A stretch of 64,000 nucleotides of DNA, taken from positions 20,270-84,269 of IMG/VR virus record IMGVR_UViG_2667528183_000003; one strand, given 5' to 3'. Origin of the DNA: a virus. Its lineage: Duplodnaviria; Caudoviricetes. Positions 9,699-19,582 of the stretch are shown in pieces (position 1 is the first letter of the stretch; each line of letters begins with the position of its first letter). The notes below the pieces were generated by a model. That model saw nothing but the letters and a program-made list of their open reading frames with translations. It ran no database searches and had not been told where the DNA came from. The translations under genes were made by a program, and so were the position numbers.

Positions 9699-11384
9699 AT
9701 GGCGGCGCCGCGAGTAGCCATGCGAAACATCAAAGAATGTCTGCGCCTCAAGTTTGAGGCCGGCTTGTCCCACGAGAAGATTGCCCGTGCCTTGCAGCTG
9801 TCCAAGGGCGTGGTTAGCAAGTACATCGCGGCGGCGCGGGTGGCCGGGCTGGACTGGCCGGCGCTGGTGGCCATGGACGAGGCCGCGCTGGCGGCCGCCT
9901 TGTTTGCACCGACGTCGACGAACAAGCCGCGCGGTGAGCGAGTGCTGCCCGATGTGCTGAGCATCCACCGCGAGTTGCGACGCAAGGGCGTGACCTTGCA
10001 GCTGCTGTGGGAGGAATATCTCGCCGCGCATGCGGGCCAGCCGACCTACCGCTACACCCAGTTCGTCGAGCACTACCGGCGCTACGCCCAGACGCTCAAA
10101 CGTTCGATGCGTCAGCTGCACCGTGCGGGCGAGAAGCTATTCATCGACTATGCCGGGCCGACGCTGCCGGTGGTCGACCCGGCCACCGGCGAAGTGCGCC
10201 GGGCGCACATCTTCGTCGCCGCCCTGGGCGCCTCGAATTACACCTATGCCTGCGCGACGCCAGGCGAAACCCAGGTGGACTGGCTGACCTCGCTGGGCCA
10301 GGCTCTGACCTACTTTGGCGGCGTGCCGGAAATGGTTGTGCCGGACAATCCGCGCGCCCTGGTCGCCCAGCCGGATCGCTACGAGCCGGGCCTGAACCGG
10401 GCCACGCTGGAGTGCGCGCGTCATTACCAGACGGTGATCCTGCCGGCACGGCCACGCAAGCCTCAGGACAAGGCCAAGGCCGAGGTGGCGGTGCAGGTGG
10501 TCGAGCGCTGGATCATGGCGCGGCTGCGCCATCGGCAGTTCTTCAGCCTGCATGCGCTTAACCAGGCCATCGCCGAGCTGCTGGAGGATCTGAATCGGCG
10601 CCCGTTCAAGCGGCTCGATGGCTGCCGGCGCGACTGGTTCGAGCGCCTGGATCGCCCGGCCTTGCGAGCGCTGCCGGTGCATCCCTACGAGGTCGCCACC
10701 TTCAAGCGCTGCAAGGTCAGCATCGACTACCACATCGAGGTCAATGGCAGCTTCTACAGCGTGCCCTCCGCCCTGGCCCGGCAGAACGTGGACGTGCGAC
10801 TGACGGCACACACCCTGGAAGTGCTGCATGGCAACCGGCGGGTGGCCAGCCACCTGCTGCTGGGGCGACGCGGCGCTTACAGTACCCAGCGCGAGCACAT
10901 GCCCGCGGCGCACCAGGCGCATCGCGAATGGACGCCACAACGCCTGCTCGACTGGGGCGCGCGGATCGGCCCCTACACGCGCCAACTGATCGATCACCAA
11001 CTGACCCACAAGCCGCACCCGGAGATGGGCTACCGCGCCTGCCTCGGCCTGCTCTCGCTGGCCCGGCGCTATGGCAATGCACGCCTGGAAGCCGCTGCCG
11101 AACGTGCCGTACACCTGCGCGCCTTCACCGGGCGCAGCGTGCGCAACCTGCTCCAGCAAGGCCTGGATCAACAGCCGCTGCCCCAGCGTGCCGCCGAAAC
11201 GACCTTACCCGGCGACCACGAGAACGTCCGTGGCGCCGACTACTACCAACCCCCGCAACAGGAGCTGTTCGATGATGCCGCAACACACCCTGAATCAACT
11301 GCACCAGCTACGCCTGGACGGCATGGCCCGCGCCCTGGAAGAGCAATGGACGCTGCCGGCCAGCCACAGCCTGAGCTTCGATGA
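9699..11384 (+). CDS. istA: IS21 transposase IstA
   Basis: N-terminal HTH; DDE motifs IDYAG, VPDN, KAEVAV. Confidence 0.95.
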   Translation: MAAPRVAMRNIKECLRLKFEAGLSHEKIARALQLSKGVVSKYIAAARVAGLDWPALVAMDEAALAAALFAPTSTNKPRGERVLPDVLSIHRELRRKGVTLQLLWEEYLAAHAGQPTYRYTQFVEHYRRYAQTLKRSMRQLHRAGEKLFIDYAGPTLPVVDPATGEVRRAHIFVAALGASNYTYACATPGETQVDWLTSLGQALTYFGGVPEMVVPDNPRALVAQPDRYEPGLNRATLECARHYQTVILPARPRKPQDKAKAEVAVQVVERWIMARLRHRQFFSLHALNQAIAELLEDLNRRPFKRLDGCRRDWFERLDRPALRALPVHPYEVATFKRCKVSIDYHIEVNGSFYSVPSALARQNVDVRLTAHTLEVLHGNRRVASHLLLGRRGAYSTQREHMPAAHQAHREWTPQRLLDWGARIGPYTRQLIDHQLTHKPHPEMGYRACLGLLSLARRYGNARLEAAAERAVHLRAFTGRSVRNLLQQGLDQQPLPQRAAETTLPGDHENVRGADYYQPPQQELFDDAATHPESTAPATPGRHGPRPGRAMDAAGQPQPELR

Positions 11385-12021
11385 ACGCCTCGGCCTACTG
11401 CTCGACCGCGAACTGGCCTGGCGTGACAACCAGCGCCTGGTACGGCTGCGCAAGAAGGCCAAGCTCAAGTACGCCAACGCCTGCCTGGAAGATCTCGACC
11501 GCCGCACCGGACGCGCCCTGGACGAGCGTCTGATCGCCACCCTGGCCAGTGGCGACTGGATCCGCCAGCAGCACAACCTGCTGCTGACCGGCCCGACCGG
11601 TGCCGGCAAAACCTGGCTGGCCTGCGCCCTGGGCAACCAGGCCTGCCGCCAGGGCTATAGCACCCTGTACCTGCGCACCCCGCGCCTGCTGGAACAACTG
11701 CGCATCGCTCATGGCGACGGCAGCTTCGGCCGTACCCTGCAACAGCTGGCAAAGGTCGACGTCCTGGTGCTGGACGACTGGGCGCTAGCCCCGCTGGAGG
11801 AAGGAGCCCGGCATGACCTGCTGGAGGTGATCGACGACCGCGCTGGCAGCCGCTCCACCATCCTGACGAGCCAACTGCCCATCGAGCACTGGCACGGCTG
11901 GATCAACGACCCGACCCTGGCCGATGCCATCCTCGACCGCCTGGTGCACAACGCCTACCGACTGACGATGAAAGGCGAGTCGCTGCGCCGAAAAAAAGCC
12001 GAGGAACAAGCCGCATCGTGA
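11272..12021 (+). CDS. istB: IS21 helper AAA+ ATPase IstB
   Basis: Walker A GPTGAGKT, Walker [15 protein letters not shown]; start at MMPQ with GGAG RBS. Confidence 0.95.
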   Translation: MMPQHTLNQLHQLRLDGMARALEEQWTLPASHSLSFDERLGLLLDRELAWRDNQRLVRLRKKAKLKYANACLEDLDRRTGRALDERLIATLASGDWIRQQHNLLLTGPTGAGKTWLACALGNQACRQGYSTLYLRTPRLLEQLRIAHGDGSFGRTLQQLAKVDVLVLDDWALAPLEEGARHDLLEVIDDRAGSRSTILTSQLPIEHWHGWINDPTLADAILDRLVHNAYRLTMKGESLRRKKAEEQAAS

Positions 12022-12630
12022 CCGATGCGATTACAATCCAGAACCCGCGCAACCGGGGTGGAAGCACCGGTCACGTATTAGCGAAACGCTCGGTCACGTT
12101 CACCGAAATCCGCACCTTGACCTCATACAGTCGCCGCCAGCAGGTGGCACGGCTTATGACTTCAAGCGCTGGGCTAGAAGCGTGGACGGTGTGGCAGATG
12201 CATTGGTGCTGCCTATGCGTCGTGGCGCGGGCACTGTCGATGTAGTGATCACCGCCAGCACCGGCACCCCTTCGGCAGAAGTCATAGCGAACTGCAAAGA
12301 GTTCATCCTGGGCGAATGCTCGGTCATTGCCGATGTGTGGGTTTATGCCCCGGTGGTCCGCACAGTCGATTCCAGCGCTCTTGTAGAGCTGGCGGACGGT
12401 TACAAGCTTGCTGACGTGCAAGCGGCTGCGCAGGTCGCCTACAACACCTTGCTCGGGGCGCTTAAGCCTCGCGAGATGCTCAAGCGTTCACAGATTGAGG
12501 CCATGCTTAACAATCTGGCCGGGGTTACTGACCGCTCCGTTACGGCCCCGGCCGGAAACGTCAAAGCCTCTGATGACGCTGGCCTGATCGGCTGGATTCG
12601 CCCTGGAGCCATCGCGCTGGGGCTGATGGA

Positions 12631-13206
12631 ATGACCAGCCTCGCCGACCAGCTCCGGTTACTACTCCCGCCAGTCTCCTATGACGGCTCGGCGCCTCGTC
12701 TGTCCGCCGCCATTGAGGCCGAGGCCAATGCGCTGACACTTTCTGACGCCCAGGCTGAGGCGACTTACAGCGCCATTTTTGCCGACTCTGGAATGGGGCT
12801 TACCGACTGGGAGCGCGTTCTTGCGTTGCCTGATCCTTGCCTTGTCGGTGTGCCGCAATCGGTTCGCCAGCGTGTGCAGGCGGTTGTCAGCAAGTTGCAA
12901 GGTCGGGGCGGTCAGAGTCGCGGTTTCTTTATCGCTTTGGCCAAGGGCTTGGGCTACGGCATAACCATCGACACCTTTCGCCCAGCTCGCGCAGGCATAG
13001 CGCGAGCTGGCGACCCAATCAACGGCGGCGCCTGGGCGTTCACATGGCGCGTCAATGCGCCAGCGGTCACGGTCAGTCGAGCCGTTGCGGGAATCACCGG
13101 AGCTGGCGACCCGCTGGCGTCCTGGGGGAACAAGTCCCTTGAGTGCAGGCTCAGTCAAATGAAGCCCGCCGAATCCATTCTGCTGTTCGGTTACGGAGAC
13201 AACTAA
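12631..13206 (+). CDS. Mu gp48/YmfQ-like baseplate protein
   Basis: L..LLP..Y, DWERVL.LP, LEC.L...KPA motifs. Confidence 0.85.
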   Translation: MTSLADQLRLLLPPVSYDGSAPRLSAAIEAEANALTLSDAQAEATYSAIFADSGMGLTDWERVLALPDPCLVGVPQSVRQRVQAVVSKLQGRGGQSRGFFIALAKGLGYGITIDTFRPARAGIARAGDPINGGAWAFTWRVNAPAVTVSRAVAGITGAGDPLASWGNKSLECRLSQMKPAESILLFGYGDN

Positions 13207-14156
13207 TGCAAAAGATCGGTGCAAGTACCGCTTCGGCAAACGCCCTTGGTGAGTTCACCGAGGGCAATCCTGGCGCGGGTGTAGCCGCTACGCTGCTCAA
13301 AGCCGCTTGGCTGAATGCAGTGCAGCGGGAACTGGTTCACCTAGTAGAGGGTGCAGGCCTGACCCTGGACGCTGCTGATGACTCTCAGATTCTAAAGGCC
13401 ATCCAAGCGATTCAGGTCAATGCAAGTACGTGGCTAAAGCTCAGTGGCAAGCCGACTACCATTGCAGGGTTCGGCATTACTGATGCTTTCACCAAACTAG
13501 AGACTACCTCTGCTATTCAACAGAAGATCGCAGATCTCGTCGCATCCTCTCCCGCAGCGCTCGACACTCTTAAAGAACTAGCTGATGCCCTGGGGAACGA
13601 TCCAAATTTCGCCACCACTATGACCAACGCCTTGGCGGGGAAGGCCAGTAAGGCAACCACACTTTCTGGATATGGCATCACTGATGCTTATGCCAAATCT
13701 GGAACGTACTCTAAGTCAGAACTTGATGCGGCCTTGGTCCCTTTGGGTCAAGCGTCGGAGGTCAACCGGGGCACAGCGAAAGTCGCGAATCTTGCGCAGA
13801 TGCTTGCGGATACTGATGACTCAGTGATCGTCACACCTAAGAAACTGCGATGGGGCTTCTCGATTAGCCTTGCGGCCAATGGATACATCGTTTTCCCATC
13901 ATGGATGGGCGGGCTCGTTGTCCAGTGGGGGTCGGGAACCTCATCTGGAGCCACTGCCGAAAACCTATCTGTTGCTATGCCATTGGCCTGGCCGACAGGG
14001 TCTTTTGCAGAGAATGCAACCATTGTTGGCACTGACGCAGGAACCCACACAGTGCTTCGAGGGGCAATGACCTCAAACACGATGAAGCTCACAACGCTGC
14101 GAAACGGTGCATATGCGAGTGGAATTACAGTTCGCTGGATAGCCATCGGCTTTTAA
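13206..14156 (+). CDS. Tail fibre protein
   Basis: FTEGNP...AT.L.AAWLNAVQREL; LDTLKELADALGNDPNFATT repeat; C-terminal QWG...WIAIG domain. Confidence 0.9.
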   Translation: MQKIGASTASANALGEFTEGNPGAGVAATLLKAAWLNAVQRELVHLVEGAGLTLDAADDSQILKAIQAIQVNASTWLKLSGKPTTIAGFGITDAFTKLETTSAIQQKIADLVASSPAALDTLKELADALGNDPNFATTMTNALAGKASKATTLSGYGITDAYAKSGTYSKSELDAALVPLGQASEVNRGTAKVANLAQMLADTDDSVIVTPKKLRWGFSISLAANGYIVFPSWMGGLVVQWGSGTSSGATAENLSVAMPLAWPTGSFAENATIVGTDAGTHTVLRGAMTSNTMKLTTLRNGAYASGITVRWIAIGF

Positions 14157-14167
14157 AGGGGGCACTC

Positions 14168-14596
14168 ATGAAACGTTTTTACAGTCAAACAACTCAGACC
14201 TCTTATCTGCAAGGGTTGCATGCTGTTTTGCCTGATGACGCAGTCGAGATTCCCGATGCGCTTTACTTGGCAGTCATAGGCAACCCACCCTCCGGCAAGA
14301 TTCGCGTTCACGATGAGCATGGGCTGCCGCATTTAGTGGATGCACCAATGGTGGTCCCGGACCTGATGGGCCAGGAGCGCGAGTGGCGTGACGCTGAATT
14401 GTCGGCGGTCGTGTGGCTGCGTGAGCGGCACCGCGATCAGCTGGAAATCGAAGCCCCTACAACGCTTAAAGAAGAACAGTTCAAGGAGCTGCTTGTGTAT
14501 ATGCAGGCCCTGCGGGAGTGGCCGCAATCTCCTGACTTCCCCGTCCCCTCATTTCGGCCTCGCCCCCCAGCTTGGATGGTTGATTTGGTCGAGTAG
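14168..14596 (+). CDS. Tail fibre assembly chaperone
   Basis: ERxWRDAEL...YMQALREWPQSPDFP motif. Confidence 0.85.
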   Translation: MKRFYSQTTQTSYLQGLHAVLPDDAVEIPDALYLAVIGNPPSGKIRVHDEHGLPHLVDAPMVVPDLMGQEREWRDAELSAVVWLRERHRDQLEIEAPTTLKEEQFKELLVYMQALREWPQSPDFPVPSFRPRPPAWMVDLVE

Positions 14597-14608
14597 TGCG
14601 GGCAGTGA

Positions 14609-14703
14609 CGGTGTCAAATATGGCGCTAGACGATTGGTACTCATCGAGATTTATCGGTGCCAATTGTGGCGCCAAGCGGTGCCAAATCCGACGCTCGCTT
14701 ACA
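14609..14703 (+). repeat. Putative Mu-like right end: three transposase-binding repeats plus terminal CA
   Basis: CGGTGTCAAATATGGCGC (14609), CGGTGCCAATTGTGGCGC (14655), CGGTGCCAAATCCGACGC (14677), then TCGCTTACA. Confidence 0.7.
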
Positions 14704-14749
14704 GTATGAAGAAAAAGGCCAGCGTCACTTGGAAAGTCACAATGGCAGA

Positions 14750-14775
14750 AACAACAAAGCCGCTCGAAAGCGGCT
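14750..14775 (-). terminator. Intrinsic terminator downstream of the tRNA fragment
   Basis: AGCCGCT-TTCG-AGCGGCT followed by TTGTTGTTT on the minus strand. Confidence 0.6.
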
Positions 14776-14791
14776 AAGTCGTTGAAAAATA

Positions 14792-14838
14792 TGGTCGGGA
14801 CGGAGTGATTCGAACACTCGACCCCTAGCACCCCATGC
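14792..14838 (-). other. att core: 3' half of tRNA-Pro(GGG), not an intact tRNA
   Basis: Minus strand GCATGGGGTGCTAGGGGTCGAGTGTTCGAATCACTCCGTCCCGACCA has anticodon loop, T arm and CCA; the 5' half is absent. Confidence 0.85.
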
Positions 14839-14997
14839 ACGCAGTGCCCTCTGCGGGCCACGGAAAAAGCCTTGTAACCTCTGCGCTCGCTGCAATCGAA
14901 TGCTCAGGAAAGTCTGCAAGTGCGTGAGAAAGTCACGCAAAAGTCACGCACGCCATACATCCCTCCCCCGGCGTCCTGCCGAACGAACACCAATCCC

Positions 14998-15522
14998 CTA
15001 TTTGCCAAGGCCATCATAGGCCTGCTCACACGTCACTCCCCTGCTCCGGCTTTGATCAGCATCTGCTGCCAGCTGGCCCGCTCGTTCGTCAGCGCGCTTG
15101 AACAGGTCGGCAAGCACCATTGCTGCGCGGGCTGCTGCCTGGCTTGCGGCGGCAGTGCAGGAATTGCTGCGGCCTTGGGCTGAGAGACGGCCGGCGAGAT
15201 CGTCGACTGTGCGCTGCAAGCTCCCAGCAGCAGCGCGAGCGGTAACAGCATCAGCTGCAGCTTGATCGATTTTTCGTTGCCCATCTTGCACCGCCTTGTT
15301 TATTGAGGTTTGTCGGGCCTGTTCTTTCTCGCGCTCCGCGACTTCCGCGAGGGCCCAGGCCTGTTTATCGCCGGCATCACGGGCATTCCACCGTGACTGC
15401 CATTCCTCATACTTGACCGACATTCCGTGGTGATAGGAGCCGTACAGCGCGCCGAACACCACACCAAGTAAGAGGAGCACCGCCATGGCAATCCCGCCGA
15501 CCTTCAGCGCTAGAGCGTTCAT
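14998..15522 (-). CDS. Rz-like i-spanin (DUF2514-like)
   Basis: N-terminal TM helix, Ala-rich coiled coil, C-terminal G.TCEQAYD; follows the endolysin. Confidence 0.8.
   Translation of the reverse strand: MNALALKVGGIAMAVLLLLGVVFGALYGSYHHGMSVKYEEWQSRWNARDAGDKQAWALAEVAEREKEQARQTSINKAVQDGQRKIDQAAADAVTARAAAGSLQRTVDDLAGRLSAQGRSNSCTAAASQAAARAAMVLADLFKRADERAGQLAADADQSRSRGVTCEQAYDGLGK
15033..15284 (-). CDS. Rz1-like o-spanin lipoprotein embedded in Rz
   Basis: Lipobox LLLGAC, Pro-rich, CLPTCS; alternate frame inside Rz; start may be the later Met (MLLPL). Confidence 0.75.
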   Translation of the reverse strand: MGNEKSIKLQLMLLPLALLLGACSAQSTISPAVSQPKAAAIPALPPQARQQPAQQWCLPTCSSALTNERASWQQMLIKAGAGE

Positions 15523-16124
15523 GCCAGCACCTTTACAGCAGCATCACGCAGTGCCAATCGATCCGCTTGGCCGTTAAGGCCGCCATTGATTGCTCGAGTG
15601 ATCTTGTCGAACTGACCAGCATCGGCCAGCTCATTCAGCCCATTTGACTGCCAGAACCAGCCTGCGACCAAGGCGGCGGTTTCCTGCTGCTCGACCAACT
15701 CAGGATGATTGACCAGATCCAGCCCAAGGGCGGCGCCGGCAGCGCGGTAGTTGTTCGCTCCGGTCAGTTGGATCAAGCCGCGCCCGCGGTACTTCCAGCC
15801 ATCCCCCGGCAGCGTGTTGCCCATCCTGCCGGCGTACACGATGTTTGCGATCTTCTCGGGCTGCCTGGCCACTGCTGCCGCTGTTTGAGCAGTAAAGCGA
15901 CTTGGCCACGTCGCCAATAGCCCCTGAGCGCTGTAGTTGAGGTTTTCGACCATGCGTGTCAACTGCCCCGACTCATGCCCGACTTGGGCGATGAACGCTG
16001 CCATACGGACGGGCGAGTCGATCTTGAAGCGTGACATCGCCGCATTTAGTGCAGGCACAAAAAAGCCCGCGACTTGGCGGGCTTGAGGGAGGATCTGCAG
16101 CAATTGCTGCTGAGTGATTGGCAT
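15519..16124 (-). CDS. Endolysin, glycoside hydrolase family 19
   Basis: AQVGHES, ENLNYS, YRGRGLIQLTG..NY, INGGLNG motifs. Confidence 0.92.
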   Translation of the reverse strand: MPITQQQLLQILPQARQVAGFFVPALNAAMSRFKIDSPVRMAAFIAQVGHESGQLTRMVENLNYSAQGLLATWPSRFTAQTAAAVARQPEKIANIVYAGRMGNTLPGDGWKYRGRGLIQLTGANNYRAAGAALGLDLVNHPELVEQQETAALVAGWFWQSNGLNELADAGQFDKITRAINGGLNGQADRLALRDAAVKVLA

Positions 16125-16143
16125 GACTATCTCCGAAAATCAG

Positions 16144-16461
16144 TCAAGGCTGTGGGTTTTCCAGCGCAGCGAGTCGAGCAGCAACATTCCCGGGAAGAGT
16201 TTCAATGCTTATTTCGGCCATCGTGTCATAGTTCTTTAGTTTCCCCTCATGATAAACAACGTTAAAAGGGGGGTCTGGAAGTTTATGCCACACAAAACTT
16301 CCGTCAGACTGAACAATATATTCACCAAACCGATCAGGGCCGGTCGAGGGAGGCGATCCGCTTACCCAAACAGAGCCATCAGGAAGTACATAATCGTCCT
16401 CATAATATGTGCATCCAACTTGGGACGTACCGACAACACCAAAACACTTGAATGAACTCAT
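16144..16461 (-). CDS. Hypothetical, tail-fibre-associated protein
   Basis: 105-aa ORF translationally coupled in the fibre cassette; AT-rich. Confidence 0.55.
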   Translation of the reverse strand: MSSFKCFGVVGTSQVGCTYYEDDYVLPDGSVWVSGSPPSTGPDRFGEYIVQSDGSFVWHKLPDPPFNVVYHEGKLKNYDTMAEISIETLPGNVAARLAALENPQP

Positions 16462-16823
16462 GCTACCTCCTGCGGTGGCAATGGCCAGTCTATGTTGCTT
16501 GGAAATCCTTCTTGCTGAACTATCCGATTAAGAGTTATCCGATATTGTTTCCAAAGCTTAAGACGATTAACCTCGTCTGTTGTTGCAGAATTTTCATCTA
16601 TTGCATCTTGCAATGGGGCCATTAGATTTGCTGCAACAGATAAGAGAGTATCGCGCTTTTCTATAGCTCGTGCTTTTACCTCCTCGATAGCAGGTGGCAG
16701 AGGAACTGGCTCTGGTGGCAGTTCTTCTCCAAGCGGCATATAGTGCTCGCTTTCGTAAATAGCGCTAGGACCATCAACCATCCTAGCCCCCTGCCCATCA
16801 TTCCTTACTGCATATCCAATCAT
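16458..16823 (-). CDS. Tail fibre assembly protein
   Basis: PLQDA...L..WKQYR..LNRI...GFP..IDWP motif. Confidence 0.85.
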   Translation of the reverse strand: MIGYAVRNDGQGARMVDGPSAIYESEHYMPLGEELPPEPVPLPPAIEEVKARAIEKRDTLLSVAANLMAPLQDAIDENSATTDEVNRLKLWKQYRITLNRIVQQEGFPSNIDWPLPPQEVA

Positions 16824-18871
16824 AGGTTATCCTCCCACCCCGTTATCCTCACCTGGCCCGCTGCATCACTTGAACCATAATAAATATTTGTGGACTCAAA
16901 TATTAAATTGAATCCAAAAATACCAGTTGTTGCGGGAGAACTACCAGCAACACCAATTGTTAGCACTGGTGGGTTTACCGCGTCGCTTGTAGAGCCATAC
17001 TGATTGCTTGGGGCGACAATTACACTGCCACCAGGGCTCTGTACGCGAGCAGTAAAATAACCAACACCAGAAGTTACCGGAACAATGCCCAATATTGACG
17101 CAGAAACCCATGTAGGTACGTTTGGAGAGCCCTGAACACCTGAAATTACCATGGGTAGAGATGTCAGATTAGATCCAGATGCAACTTTATAGTTTACTCG
17201 GCGACCGCTCTGAACGAAGGACAACGGATATTTGTTAGCTGGTGTCGCATCAGAGCGAACCCAGCCGACTCTGGCTTTATGCGTATAACCCGCAGGCATC
17301 GTAGGAGAGGTTGAGCTAAGTGAGAAAAGCCCAGCCGTTGTAGTGCCGTTCCATATAACCCAAACGCTATACCAAGTGCTTACCGCCGACACACCCGTAT
17401 CCAGGCCATTAACCCCTGACGAGCTAAGATTTGGCGAGATACTGACCGATCTCAAAACCTGATACGAGCTTGAAGAGTTTTCAACAAATATTTCATCAGC
17501 AGCAAAACTTGCAGTGCTGCTTGTGCCACTAGCTGAACCCGTTAGTCCCTTAACAGATCCTTGAATTCCAACTATTGGCGCTGGAAGCTGGTCAAGCAAA
17601 ACAATGTCGGTGCCATCATATTCAATGTCAGCCAACTGGTTTGCAGCAAATATCGCTGCTACCTTGGCCCCAGTTGAGTCGTACTGCTTGATAGTCTTGG
17701 CACCAAGGCCGGATATGTTCATGGTATCCGTGCCAGTGCTAGCCACGCCAAACTTCACGCGAAAACGCTGGTTTGCAACATAACTCGTGATGGCAGGTAC
17801 TGGTGTCAGCGTGAGCGTTGCGGATACGCCTCCACTTGTGAAGGCTGTGACGCTCTGTGTCTGGATTTGACCTGCACTGATAGCATGTTGAGTTTTGGTT
17901 GCAGGGGCAACTTGCAGGCCGCCACCACTACTCTCAAGTAATACCCAAGATCCGCCACCTATTGAGCTATTCCATTGCACCCATACCACGCTATTTGCGA
18001 CGATTTCTCCGCCCTGCAAAGCTGCATGGTTGCCTCCCACAATGGCAGCGGGAGCTATACCGTTTGGGCTGAATGTCGTCGCGCCAGTATTTGCATTCGC
18101 CGCTTTGAATCGGAGTACCAAGCCGTCCTGCAGGGTCGTGATCGCAGGGAAAAAGGTCGCTGCGTATGTATTGATCGACCCAATATCAAGTGCATAGGTA
18201 GTGTTTCCACTCTGGATCGACTGCAACACGCCAGACGGGAGAAGTGGCGCACCAGAGTACTGAGTGATATTGCCAGAAGTGATGGTGGTCTGCCCGAACG
18301 CAACGGTTGCCACATACAGGCCTACATAGCCGCTATCAGGCGCTGGAGTGGTTTGACTGCCGGTGGCGGCCGAAGCGCCAGCCTTGACCTGCACGATCGC
18401 AACGCCCTTGCGAGATGTGTTCTGGGTTAGACCGTTGTTGCCCATGCCACTATACGGCAGTGCTGGATTTGCGCTGTTGTAGTACGGCAGCAAGACGGGT
18501 GTTGTGTCTTGGTCCTGGTACGTCACCTGGACGAGGTAGTTGATTGACTGGCCGGTGGTCGTCGGCGCCGGGCAACTCAGCGTTACACCATCGAGCAAGA
18601 TCCCTTGCTTCAGGATCGAGTGCGTGGTGTCAGCAGGCAGTGTGGAGAATGCCAATGAGTCGATATTTGTGAGGCTGTAGATCTCGCCGGGCGCCACGAC
18701 GATCTGCAGCGAAGCCGGCCCAGTAGGGGTAACGGCAAAGCCGTTCGCAATGGTACTGGTACCCAGCATTGCGGCAGCCAGCTTGGCGTTTCCGATCATC
18801 GCGTCTTTTGCCATTTGCAAAAGCGTGGTTTCAGGCAAGATTTGGCCTGGATATACGATCTGTCTGTCCAT
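16820..18871 (-). CDS. Tail fibre protein
   Basis: Start MDRQIVYPG; Gly/Ser/Thr-rich; follows the baseplate genes; AT-rich C-terminal part. Confidence 0.8.
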   Translation of the reverse strand: MDRQIVYPGQILPETTLLQMAKDAMIGNAKLAAAMLGTSTIANGFAVTPTGPASLQIVVAPGEIYSLTNIDSLAFSTLPADTTHSILKQGILLDGVTLSCPAPTTTGQSINYLVQVTYQDQDTTPVLLPYYNSANPALPYSGMGNNGLTQNTSRKGVAIVQVKAGASAATGSQTTPAPDSGYVGLYVATVAFGQTTITSGNITQYSGAPLLPSGVLQSIQSGNTTYALDIGSINTYAATFFPAITTLQDGLVLRFKAANANTGATTFSPNGIAPAAIVGGNHAALQGGEIVANSVVWVQWNSSIGGGSWVLLESSGGGLQVAPATKTQHAISAGQIQTQSVTAFTSGGVSATLTLTPVPAITSYVANQRFRVKFGVASTGTDTMNISGLGAKTIKQYDSTGAKVAAIFAANQLADIEYDGTDIVLLDQLPAPIVGIQGSVKGLTGSASGTSSTASFAADEIFVENSSSSYQVLRSVSISPNLSSSGVNGLDTGVSAVSTWYSVWVIWNGTTTAGLFSLSSTSPTMPAGYTHKARVGWVRSDATPANKYPLSFVQSGRRVNYKVASGSNLTSLPMVISGVQGSPNVPTWVSASILGIVPVTSGVGYFTARVQSPGGSVIVAPSNQYGSTSDAVNPPVLTIGVAGSSPATTGIFGFNLIFESTNIYYGSSDAAGQVRITGWEDNL

Positions 18872-18925
18872 GGGTGCCCCATAAAAAAGCCCGCACATGG
18901 CGGGCCTGGATTCGAGTGGTGGGTT

Positions 18926-19582
18926 TCAATTGGTAATGCGATACCAAATCGTCGTACCGTAAGGCTTGGTCGCCTCTATGGCGGCTACGATGTCTGCGTC
19001 AGAGACTTCTGGGAAAAGCTGGGATGCCGGCAGCAGGCCACTTGTCATCGAAAGGCCAAACCAGTTAGTGGCAATACCAGGCCAATTCGCCGCGCCGTTG
19101 CCAGTTGGACGATAAGCTGTGATAAAGGCTTGATACGGGCAACTGGTTGAGCCGAGCGGGCCCGCTACGCCAAGCCCTAGGGTCAACCCAAGACAGCCGC
19201 AATCGTCGGGCTTGGCGGGCTCAATGATCAGCGGGCGACGCCCAGTCAGATCAAATAGCACCTGATCTATGCCGCGCCTGGTTGCCCGCTCTCTGAAGAT
19301 GTTGATCAGGATTCGATTGCGATAACTGGTATCAGACTGGTTTGCGTACCGGATCAGCCCATTCCCGAAGAAGTCCAGCCCAATGATGTCGAGCCAGCCA
19401 TCCGTAGCAGTCTTGATGCGCGTCTGGTCCTTCGCGTACAGGTATAGGGTGAACCCCCACGAAAGTGCTTGCGCGTAACCCCACAGCAGCGCATCGCGGA
19501 TTGGGTTGTTGTCACCGAACCACCCGAAAGGAAGCAGGCTTTTCAGCCGTTCGAACATGTCGCCTTGGTCACCAACGCTCAT
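18926..19582 (-). CDS. Baseplate wedge protein (gp48/P2 gpI-like position)
   Basis: TATDGWLD..G.DFFG and YRNRIL motifs; follows baseplate J. Confidence 0.7.
   Translation of the reverse strand: MSVGDQGDMFERLKSLLPFGWFGDNNPIRDALLWGYAQALSWGFTLYLYAKDQTRIKTATDGWLDIIGLDFFGNGLIRYANQSDTSYRNRILINIFRERATRRGIDQVLFDLTGRRPLIIEPAKPDDCGCLGLTLGLGVAGPLGSTSCPYQAFITAYRPTGNGAANWPGIATNWFGLSMTSGLLPASQLFPEVSDADIVAAIEATKPYGTTIWYRITN

Larger units (their letters stand above)
9474..12114 (+). mobile_element. IS21-family insertion sequence, copy 1 (2641 bp; IS1474/IS408-like from memory)
   Basis: Terminal IR TGCGGATTTCGG/CCGAAATCCGCA; multiple CGTGACCG subterminal repeats; istA-istB; CCTTGAC direct repeat at 9467-9473 and 12115-12121. 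Confidence 0.95.
8916..12634 (+). pseudogene. Baseplate J / Mu gp47 gene interrupted by an IS21 element (8916-9473 joined to 12122-12634 gives 356 aa)
   Basis: Removing the IS and one CCTTGAC copy restores ...ARLLD-LIQSPPAGGTAYDFKRWARSVDGV...RGAGTVDV. Confidence 0.93.
1..14703 (+). mobile_element. Mu-like transposable prophage, late (tail/baseplate) region and right end; 5' part outside window
   Basis: Gene order matches Mu gp36-37-38-sheath-tube-chaperone-tape measure-gp43-44-45-46-47-48-fibre; ends in three repeated sites followed by ...TTACA. Confidence 0.85.

Noticed and set aside
11071-11271. N-terminal extension of IstB in the ORF track (316 aa)
   Set aside because: It overlaps istA out of frame; the RBS and family-typical start are at 11272
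1-14596. Mu-derived tailocin (R-type syringacin-like)
   Set aside because: It retains a gp36-like head-joining gene and ends in transposase-binding repeats with CA; no adjacent lysis cassette or trpE/trpG context
13206-14596. Invertible tail-fibre (gin-type) system
   Set aside because: No invertase, no inverted second fibre tip and no gix-like repeats seen
14792-14838. Functional tRNA-Pro gene
   Set aside because: Only the anticodon loop to CCA is present; the 5' acceptor strand and D arm are absent
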